Positions 1 through 9,600 of a stretch of 64,000 nucleotides of DNA are shown here, one piece after another. The notes beneath the pieces were generated by a model. It was not told where the DNA came from. It did no database searches and saw only the letters and a list, made by a program, of their open reading frames with translations. This DNA is from Diadema antillarum (taxonomy: Eukaryota), in the NCBI RefSeq assembly GCF_040938485.1, contig NW_027272187.1, forward strand, positions 1 to 64,000, read 5' to 3'. The position numbers and the translations under genes are program-made. Every line of letters begins with the position of its first letter. Positions within the stretch are counted from its first letter, which is position 1.

Positions 1-750
1 TACATTAAATAATGCCATTAGATTCTAAACCACTAATCTGAGGTCTACCATTCCAAATTATCGGATAATTCAGCATAATGAAGTATCAAAATTATGATTC
101 ATAATAACCATTGGTGTTCACTTTGTAGTGTTCGTTTGATATTAAAACTGATGCGATCAAACAACAGAACGTTAATTTTCAAACTGAGGAAGCCCTGGTA
201 TGGGTTGTATGGAATAATAGAGACTTCTGCGGCAAAGAGTGCTTTCTCTTTTAACATTTCGTCATGCTGCTTTAACCATATTCTTTTTTTTTCATAACTG
301 GACGACCACACTTCTTCATCTGTAATTACACACAGACAAATAGTAGAATGAACTCTCCTCAGAGTATTATTACCACTAAGCAGAAATTAGAACAAATTTT
401 GATACGCTTTTCAGAGAATCGCAGGAATCAATCATGCATACTTTCTCGCAGTTAAAATAAGATATAAGGAGCGATTCCACCTCCGTGCCCATTTCAATCT
501 CTGCCTCTAAAGTAATTATACGCCCTTTCCATCAACGTATTAAGATTCTGAATCAGTTGTGAATGAGTCATCGAGCGCTTCATTGATTCCAACATCAAAA
601 TTTTGTGTTGTAAATGATTATACCAAATTGTATATTGTGAGCCGGAACAACAGCCAGACATCGCGCCTTCACTGTTGCAGCACCATAGTCCTGGAACCGT
701 CTCTCCCCTCCCATATCTCAATATCCAGTCAACAGTTAACACAGATCAAG
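1..750 (-). mobile_element. Decayed non-LTR retrotransposon (LINE, L2/CR1-like) ORF2 apurinic-type endonuclease remnant
   Basis: Minus-strand translation across frameshifts and stops gives FDVGINEALDDSFTTDSE (about 600-545) and YNYFRGRD*NGHGGGIAPYI (about 520-461). These match the APE-domain motifs FDVxGINETxLDDS and YNxFRxDRNxHGGGVAxYI; the in-frame TGA (496-494) sits where an Arg CGA is expected. Confidence 0.7.
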
Positions 751-1069
751 TAAAGAAAAAAAAATCAATTTGAAATTCATATCTAGATAAATAAAAAGTG
801 AAAAAACAACACCCAAATATTCCAGAAGTAAAACTTCTTTTTAGTTTTTATTCAATTCCAGAGGTTAGTGATCACATCAAGCTAAATGTTATCATTTGTT
901 TTGTTTTGTTTTTGCTCTTTTGTTTAGTTTAGTAAATATATTGTTGATTTCTTGTATTTTGTTGTAGTTGTGAGAGTGTTTTCATCTATTTTGCAAAGGC
1001 GCTATATAAGTACTGGTATTATTATTGTTATCATAAATCACCTTTATCATAATATCATCTGTAATATAT

Positions 1070-1072
<3 letters not shown>

Positions 1073-1116
<44 letters not shown>

Positions 1117-1248
1117 TCATGATTTGGTTTTGATCGACTTTATCTATTTATTCTATGTATGACATTGCTTTGCAGTTTCATCAAACATTATGATACACAT
1201 TGTACTGCGCACTATCTTTATAAGTGTTCAGGCCTACATATTTTATGT

Positions 1249-1293
<45 letters not shown>
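1073..1293. repeat. Two (TA)n microsatellites (about 1073-1106 and 1252-1293)
   Basis: Direct reading. Confidence 0.95.
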
Positions 1294-1295
<2 letters not shown>

Positions 1296-1327
1296 TACAT
1301 GTATTTTGCTTTTTGTATTTTGTTTTT

Positions 1328-1411
1328 GTCGAGACGTATGGCTGAGAGCTTAAAGGCGACGTCTCTGGCGCCGTGAGGTTGCACACGTGCGGGTTCGAAC
1401 CCCACTAGAGC
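1328..1411 (+). pseudogene. Class II (Ser/Leu-type) tRNA-like pseudogene or tRNA-derived SINE head
   Basis: A-box-like TGGCTGAGAGCTTAAAGG (1339-1356), long variable region and B-box GGTTCGAACCC (1392-1402). The acceptor stem does not pair and the anticodon arm is 16 nt, so it is not a functional tRNA. An N-gap follows immediately. Confidence 0.55.
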
Positions 1412-2681
1412 ANNNNNNNNNNNNNNNNNNNNNNNNNNNNNNNNNNNNNNNNNNNNNNNNNNNNNNNNNNNNNNNNNNNNNNNNNNNNNNNNNNNNNNNN
1501 NNNNNNNNNNNNNNNNNNNNNNNNNNNNNNNNNNNNNNNNNNNNNNNNNNNNNNNNNNNAATCAAACGTTATGCTTTAAATGCCATCGCCAACGTCACGC
1601 CCCCTTAAACACCCAACCGATGCAGGCAACACGTTCATTCTTGGAAGCACCCATCCACGGTGTCTGGCGCAGTAACACTATCTCCGCGTGAGGGCAGATG
1701 TGAAATAGGGACGGTATTTCATCAGTGGAGAAGGAATAGGAGAGTGTGAACTGTCACATCTGCCGGAATCATTTTCCGGCCGATTGGTTTCGCTTCTTTT
1801 GAGATTATTAAAGATGACTGAAACCTATGATAGTCCTCAATGTATTATATTAGTTATGGCGATCATCGTTTATTAGCATAACGTCCCTGAGGAGAAATTT
1901 CTCTCGCACTTTTTGTTTCTCTTTATTACATAATTATTTCAGTTCTTCCATGTTTTGAGTTTCCGGATTCGTATCTTTTCTTTTTATTCTAGTGCCTTTT
2001 TTTATACTGGTACTTCCCTTTTCTATCCAATTTACTCTGTCGTTGAGTTACCTAATAATCAATGTTTGTTTGTTTGTTTACTGTTCCTAACGTCAATGAA
2101 CATGTAGTATTGTCTATCAGCGCTGACACGCTGTTTAGTGAGGCTATTCAGATAACTTTATTATATACATCAACAGCTCTACATACAATTCTGTTATGCT
2201 TTTATTTTTCTTTCTCTCCCTACTCCTCTGCACTTTCTCCTTTCTTTTCCTTTCTGCTGTCTGTTTCCTCCTCTTCCTCGCTTGACTCTTTATTCCCATT
2301 TCTCTTTTACCAGTCCTTTCTCTCAACCTTTTATTTTACCTGTATGATTCCTTGTCCGAATATATGTGCGCGTGCGCAAGTGTGTAATTGTCCACTGAAT
2401 CTTATACAATTCTAGAGTCACAACCTCTTCTATGCTCCGCCCCCTCTCTCCCCCCCCCCTCTCTCTTTCTTTCTTTTTTTTTTCTCTCTCTCTCAATCTT
2501 TCAACATCTTCTTTTCCCCCCTCTCTCTCTTTCTCTATCTCTTTGTCTACCGCCCTCCGTGGGCACCGAGGACGATCATTCTCTTCCGGTGGAAAAGTCA
2601 CAGCTGACCGCAGTGGTTAGTTCTCGTGAATGAATATCATCTTTGAATTCCGTCGACATGGCGATGGCGGATCAATATAAA

Positions 2682-2998
2682 CAACCAATCACTTGCAACG
2701 GAACTAAACTTGAAAGACAACTTTTCTGGGGGCACCAAACAGCTGGGAAAGCAAAGATCGCCAATTTTCTAGGAGGCTAATTTTTTGCACGTCTCAATAC
2801 TTCCATATTTGTGATGAGCTGTAACAACATCAGTCAGCTATAAATGCGAGGAGATACTGCGCCTTGAAAAAGGTGACGATTCTGCGGGGAACGAGAAGGA
2901 GCTTGATTCACTCTTACAGCTTCACATCTTCATTCTTCATTCGATTGTTGCATTAAATCCTTGTTCTCTTCTAATTGTGCTTTTTGATCAATTTAATG
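2682..2998 (+). promoter_or_regulatory. Putative promoter and first exon of the lengsin-like GS gene
   Basis: CCAAT box (AACCAATCA, about 2683-2691), TATAAA 2839-2844, and a strong donor ATG|GTAAGT at 2998/2999 that would pair with the acceptor TGCAG|ATG at 5323/5324. Confidence 0.5.
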
Positions 2999-4007
2999 GT
3001 AAGTCAAATCTGCGGTTATTTTTCCCCCGTTCATTTGATCCTTTCGGGATAATTCATAGAAACATTATTCATTTTCATTAAAAAGATTTAAAAACTTGCT
3101 CATCAGCTTCATAATGACTTGGAACTGAGCATAGGAAATCTAACACTGTAAAACATGCATCCCCAAAAAGGGGTGGCTCCGTAAAGAGAACAATCATATT
3201 TTGGTCATTGTGAGTACTCAGTGAAAAGGAGTTTTAGGCAAGGCCCGGACGCCATTTTCAAGTGAAGATGGCTATACTGAGAACGAGAAGTCGTCGTTGA
3301 AACTGACGTTCTTCCTTTACTTTTGTTTCTTTGTTTCCTTGTTTATTGAATTTCAGATCTGACATCTCCCCTTAATTTCAATTGAAAACTGTCTGTGTGA
3401 GAGCAATTGACCCTGTGAGTTGCAATGGCAAGGTCTCCAACTCTGTGTATCTTTTTTTTCAGATAACGCATGGATCACCATTAAACGATAATTATCTTTA
3501 ATTTTTGATAACTTATTCTCGATATAGACGTGTTAGCTTCTGTATGTGTGCTAGCAAAACACTTCGATTAAAGCAATGACAGCTAGAATTATATGGACAT
3601 TTTGATTGCGTTTCTCTCTGTATACTCCATGGCATTTGTAAAATAGCTTCTTGAGATCATGTGATACACTTCATATACCCCCCCCCCCCCCATCCGAAAA
3701 AAAAAGGCAAAGAAAATGCTACAGCGATCAGCAATTTAACTTCTGTATGTATTTTGCATCAATGTTTATTAGTTGTGCAGTCGAATATTCTGGCCGTGTA
3801 AATTAAGAAAACGGCATGAAATTCGATGCCATCCATGTGATGTCGTTGCCCCTGCTGATGCTAATGCTTTCCAAGAAATATGCGTTACCATAATTATAGC
3901 GTGGGAAAGGACTCATATGTCAAGGGAGAGATAGTGTGCAAATGTGGATAATTCATTTTTTTTAACATTATACTTTCTTCGTGCTCATTCATGTGATTGC
4001 TTTAAGC

Positions 4008-4397
4008 TTAAAGGAATTGTATAGTTTTGGTTGAGACCTAATTTCAGGTTTCTAACATTTTTTGGTGAGATAATGAGAAACCTCTATGAAATATGAAAGA
4101 ACATGTAATTCTATGAGGAATTCAACGTTTATTTGATGAAAATTGGTTTTGAAATGGCTGATATATCCAAAAAAGAGCGATTCTAATAAAGTGTGGGACC
4201 CATACCGTTATTACGATCGCTTTGTTTTACTTTTTTTTTTGATGTTTCAGTCATTCCAAACCCGATTTTCATCCAATAAATTTTGAATTCCTCTTAAAAT
4301 GGTATGTTCTGTACTATATCAGAAGTGTTTTCTTGGTATGTCGCAAAAAGTTAAAAGCCCAATTTTCATTTCCACCAATACCGTACCATCCCTTTAA
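4008..4397 (+). mobile_element. Non-autonomous TTAA-target DNA transposon (Kolobok-like MITE), family A copy 1
   Basis: TTAA-AGGAATTGTATAGTTTTGGTTGAGA ... CCAATACCGTACCATCCCT-TTAA. About 25-bp imperfect TIRs; similar along its length to the copies at 20460 and 46475. Confidence 0.85.
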
Positions 4398-5323
4398 TGC
4401 GTGTCTTTACCTTTCTCTGACCAGAAAGTTGTATCTGTGTGTTTATTCATTCATTTTCTCCTTTTGGTGCTGTCAATAGACTTGTCGTGCAATGTACACT
4501 ACAAAGCCTTTCACACTATAAACATTCTGTGTGAAATAGAAACATCAACATCAAAAACATTTTTACGTGGTGATCAAACCTTAATAAAAAAAAATATTAC
4601 TATAACTATCTAACGATTCTTAGGTTGAAGACCCAAATGCTCCAAACTAAATTTGTTTGTTAAACTATTCGAATCATATACTTAATCACACTATAGATAT
4701 ATTCTGTTTACAGTAATGTTCTGTGTGGCTTAATCTCTCCGAGAGTGGTTCGTTAATGAAAGTTAAAACGTTGCATTGTGATATCCTTTAGTATTTGTTC
4801 TTTAACAAGCAAAAGCGGCATGCGTATCATTGTTGTAAAATAATGTTTGTTTTTATTGCATCGTTTTCCCATTTCTTGCTTTAAAAAATGTGACTACACG
4901 ATGACCGTTCTGGGGTCAGGAAATCGAAGGAATTCTTTATTTTTTTTTAAGATTATTTTGCAGGTACAATATATTATTTTTTTTTAATTGCAACTAACTG
5001 ACGTATTCATCAACGCAGTCCAATCCAAGTATGTACGCTTTTATCATGAATACTACTTAAACGCCGAATAACTGGTGTTTAGTTACGTCTACGAAGGAAA
5101 ATTCGTCAATCAGTTGCGATAAAAAAAGAGAGAATAACGCAACGCAAGAATTCGTCAATTTGAACAATGTATTTTGCTGATATAGAAAGAAAGCTGAAGT
5201 GAATTACAGCTCATTTTCAAGGTAGCCAAACGTTGTTTTTACTCATCTCCAGCCGACAGTTAATCAGTTGTGCCAGATATTATCATATTAATATCTTTAC
5301 ATTCTTTTCTATTTGTCGTGCAG

Positions 5324-6694
5324 ATGGCTTGTCTCGATGTAAACCGTGCGGGAGTCAGCTTGGAAGACATAATGAAGGAGATCGACGACAAGGACGTCGA
5401 ATTCGTCCGCTTTGAGTTTGGCGATCTACACGGCATTGCTAGGTCAAAGATCGTACCCGCTCGTCACTTCCGGGACAAAGCAACTCGAGGCATCGGAATA
5501 CCCATTGCTCACATGGGCCTTGATAGCAAAGGTATTCCAGTCCCCGACGCCATGTATATCTCTGACGGCAAGTATTCGGACGCCTTGTGGCTACCCGACT
5601 TGTCAACCTTTCGCTTACTGCCATGGTGTGATAATACGGCCAGGGTCATCATTGAGCCAGTCTTGGATGGAAAGCCGGTGGGTCTGTTTCCTAGAACTCT
5701 AGCCAGGAACCAAGTGAAGAGACTGTACAACATGGGGCTGTCCCTTTTGACCGCGCACGAACACGAATTTTATGTCGTGAATCGTCAGACCGGACAGCCT
5801 TTGACGCAGGACTTCAACCTTCGCGCCACCGTGCGGAACTACACCGACCCCCTTCTCATTAGTTCCCTGATGCGGGCCCTGCCTGCCGTGGGCGTTGACT
5901 CTGAAATGATAGACACGGAAAAGAGTCCCGGCCAAGTCGAGATCACATACAAGCCAAGATTTGGCATAGAGGCCGGAGATGTTGCACATACGTACAAAAC
6001 AACCATCAAGGAGGTTGCCATGCAAAGGGGATACGTAGCGAGCTTCATGAGCAAACCGTGGCCGGAGCTGAACGGGAGCTCTGCCCACATTTGTCACTCG
6101 TTGTGGGATGCTAATCGGCAGACCCCCTTGCTATATGATGCCAACCATCCCACCGGTATATCAAAGATCGGACGCCATTGGATAGCTGGATTGCTAGCCC
6201 ATGCTCCAGCCCTTAGCGTTATCATGGCTCCAACAGTCAACTGCCTGAAAAGGTTCCAAGCAAACTCATTTGCGCCTTACAATGCCACGTGGGGAATTGA
6301 TAATCGTACGTGCGCCATTCGCGCCAAAGTTTGTGGCCCTGACACCTACCTCGAGAACAGAATGGGAGCCAGCGGAAGCAACCCCTACCTCACCATCGCA
6401 GCGACGATCGCTGCCGGTATCGACGGCATCCAACGCGAACTAGTCCCACCAGAACCTGTGGTCAACAACGCATATCTGGACGGCAACGTCCCCGGTGACA
6501 CCGCCATCCTGCCGTCAACTATGGACGCTGCTTTAGAGGCTCTTGCCCAAGATGACGTCATGAGGGCAGCGCTCGGCGAAGAGTTCGTTCGGGAGTTCAC
6601 CGTACTCAAGATGCATGAGATGAAGGAATACTCGAAGGCACACCTCAAGCAAGACCCTAAATGGGAATACAAAATGTACTTTGAATACATTTAG
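5324..6694 (+). CDS. LGSN: Class I glutamine-synthetase-family protein, lengsin-like (456 aa, single coding exon)
   Basis: ATG 5324 directly follows a polypyrimidine tract and CAG acceptor. Motifs: VRFEFGDLHGIARSK, SDALWLPDLSTFRLLPW, AHEHEF, DTEKSPGQVEITY, FMSKP, NGSSAHICHSLW, WGIDNRTCAIR, YLENRMGASGSNPYL. Colinear with vertebrate lengsin; AATAAA at 6916-6921. The symbol indicates family, not proven orthology. Confidence 0.93.
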   Translation: MACLDVNRAGVSLEDIMKEIDDKDVEFVRFEFGDLHGIARSKIVPARHFRDKATRGIGIPIAHMGLDSKGIPVPDAMYISDGKYSDALWLPDLSTFRLLPWCDNTARVIIEPVLDGKPVGLFPRTLARNQVKRLYNMGLSLLTAHEHEFYVVNRQTGQPLTQDFNLRATVRNYTDPLLISSLMRALPAVGVDSEMIDTEKSPGQVEITYKPRFGIEAGDVAHTYKTTIKEVAMQRGYVASFMSKPWPELNGSSAHICHSLWDANRQTPLLYDANHPTGISKIGRHWIAGLLAHAPALSVIMAPTVNCLKRFQANSFAPYNATWGIDNRTCAIRAKVCGPDTYLENRMGASGSNPYLTIAATIAAGIDGIQRELVPPEPVVNNAYLDGNVPGDTAILPSTMDAALEALAQDDVMRAALGEEFVREFTVLKMHEMKEYSKAHLKQDPKWEYKMYFEYI

Positions 6695-9600
6695 TCAACG
6701 GGTCCATTTTCGATGTCACTTTGATGTGTATATGGACAATAGATTATCTTATTTGGACACCATTTTCATGTGAACACTTTAATTACAAATCTACATAATT
6801 CTGATGGTCCTTGCTTCTTCTTTTTTTTTGCACTGTAGAAAATATTTTTCCGTGAAAAAAACAAAACAAAGAAAATCCGTGGACAGGAGGCAGTCAGCTT
6901 CCTGCACACACACACAATAAAGGTGGACGCAGCGCAAAACAGAAATGTTCCATAATTTCGAAAAAAATGAAAATATTTGTTTATTCGCTCTTTTATCATT
7001 CTCTGCACTGGAGAATAATCAGCATATGTTGGCATCTCAGTATCTTCCATTTAGTTCTTATTTCGCATCAGTCCTGAACAAAAAGTACACGTACAAACAA
7101 AATTCATCATCCCGTTTACAATGCTTGACCGGGAACAGCGGAAAATGTTCAGTCAAGATACTGTAGTAGATCTATGCTCTCTATTCAAGGTGTGTATGAT
7201 TTCATGGACAAAATGTATAAACAAGACGAGCATTAACATATCGTTCCAAGAAAAACAAAAATCTAGATTCACTTTCAATATTACTGCGAAAATTAGAAAA
7301 AAAAAACACAAGGGCAACAAAGAGTTAATCCAAAATTCAACTTAAAAGAGAATATTGCTTATCATTTACTCCACCGTGTTAGATTTATATCAAACTTACC
7401 AAAAACTTTTAGGCGAAAAGGAGATGAATAGGCGGGAGTCTATAACTATGTCAGGGGATAAATGCAGACGTATGGTATTGACGACATAAGTATATTTTTT
7501 CAATGTTTGTTTACATCATCCGGAGGTGTAAGCAAGCATTATACAATACTAAATCTGTTACTGTTCGTCACTTGATGTGAAAAATCATGCCATATATTGA
7601 ATACCTATTCCTAGTGGTAACAAGATTCCCAGCCCCACACCACCTATTTATACTGAAAGGATGCTTTTTATCCGTAGAGAAATGAAATGAAATGTAATGC
7701 TATGTAACGTAATGTGATTAGAGGTAATATCACATTTATAGATGGGTAGCAAAAATGTAAAAATCGTACGGTATGATGTTAAACTTAGTATTTCATCTTT
7801 GCAAGTTTTTATTCCTTGATTTTCACTTTCCATTATATGAACACACAAAAACATGTCCAATAAACTATTGTAAACATGGGACTTTAATCAGCATTTCCAA
7901 TAATATGTATTTTCCCGAAAGAACAAAACATGTAAACCCCCACATATCTCCTTAATTATTGGTGCTCAAACACTGTATAGCAGTATTTCTGGTACTCAGT
8001 AGATGCATGATTAATAAAACGAACGAGAGTGGTCCTAATCAAAAGCTGAAAACATTTTCCAAAGCAATTAGAACAATTAAACGGTTTTATTACTTCCTTT
8101 TGAATCGAAATAGTTTCCTTGAAATTTCTGAAATCTGTTTCAATCATTCCTTAACTATTTTGGCAAAAAAAAAAAAACAGTCGGCATGTTTTTGTCTGAA
8201 ACCTTCCAATTTGATCAGATGAAGGGATTTTAACGTCGGATATCAAAGAAAATGTATCATTTTGCTTCAGTCACTGTTCTTGTTCTCATTCTTTCGTCTT
8301 ACCTGACCCTTTTCTGTCCTGTTCTTGTAAGTTCCTATATTAATTTCTTTCGTTCTTCCTTCTTGTATTGACAAGGTTCTTTTTTTTCTTGATGATGACA
8401 TAAAATGTTTTAAATTCTTCAGATTTTGGTGTTTGTAACGCTGGTGGTAATGATTGTTGTTATTTACTCATTATAATTGTGTCTTACGCTTTGTAAAATT
8501 CGAAACAAACTTGTCACAATATAGATAGTAGAGAAATAAGACGGCAAATAATAAACGTCAGATATCTATAGTTGTTCGTATGTGTTTAACTCGTTTGGAT
8601 ATCATGGATGCAATCAGTCATTATCACAGTAACGATCACAATATTGTCGCAATTCTGAAGTTTCGAGAGTTGCATTTGAAACACTACCTCGTTCATTTGA
8701 CGGAAACAAATACCATGACAACCATATGAGAATAATTCTGAATAAATTACAAGTGAGTGGTATTATATATCACCAGTTTTGCAAGCGCGATGTGCACCAC
8801 AAAATGGAACAGCAATGAAAGTACGAAGACAGAGCAAAGAGTGACGATGAAAGAGGGACGAAAGAATACATATGTCGAGTTATTTAGTAGGTCTGCGCTG
8901 CGCTGTGTTTAACGAGTAGGCCTAATGTAGTTAATGATTTCCAATTCAGATTAACAGGATTGCGCTCTTCTTTAATCTAAAGAGAATATTTTTTTCCGTT
9001 CTAAATAAATATACATGAAATCAATATATATATCACATTGAATTCTGATGATAGAAAATATAAAAATAATAAAACCACATCGGTCTGTGACTGCCATCTA
9101 AGATGAAGAGTTATGTTTGAAGTACTGACAATCAAATAAGAATGTTGTGCCCACAGTCCTCTAAGTGTGTGTTTTAAAACGTTATATGGGATAGGTCAAA
9201 TGTGTTCTGCTGATATATGTGCTTTCTGCTCAACATCCCATGTAAATAAGTGATTTGTTCTTTGCTCTTCACTTAGCACCAGAATATATTACTATCGATA
9301 TGAACATTTTGGTTTCGACCGGGCAGAGACAATGCTTCATTTTGCACAAGGAGGTTGTCTTTCAAAGTTCATTCATATCATTTATTTGCTATTTCCTGCA
9401 TACTTTCTTAAAACACACAAAGAGAAAATATTAAAAACAAAGCTCAAGGAATCACCAACAGAAGATACTCAAAATACCAACTCTTGGAGGGGTGCGAACA
9501 GCACGTCTTGGGAACGGAGCGTCTTACCATCACCTGTGCGTTTTCGCGCCCTTTTGCGTTTGTCCACCCCATCGAAGTGACGTCTTTCGAGCAGCTGCAC

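Noticed and set aside
5270-5323. 18-codon N-terminal extension of the GS ORF in the track (MPDIIILISLHSFLFVVQ)
   Set aside because: It is the polypyrimidine tract and CAG acceptor; the start is a GTG in intron sequence.
5412-6690. Overlapping and antisense ORFs over the GS, NACHT, MFS and eIF5B exons
   Set aside because: These are shadow ORFs of GC-rich coding sequence with no motifs of their own.
5324-6694. Bacterial contamination or recent horizontal transfer of glnA
   Set aside because: The CDS is embedded in repeat-rich animal DNA with a splice acceptor and poly(A) signal, and it is colinear with lengsin, a known metazoan GS-I lineage.
8280-8470. Possible LINE 3' end (minus-strand SLPPALQTPKSEEFKTFY)
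   Set aside because: It resembles the WNSLP..FK tail motif but is too short and degenerate to call.
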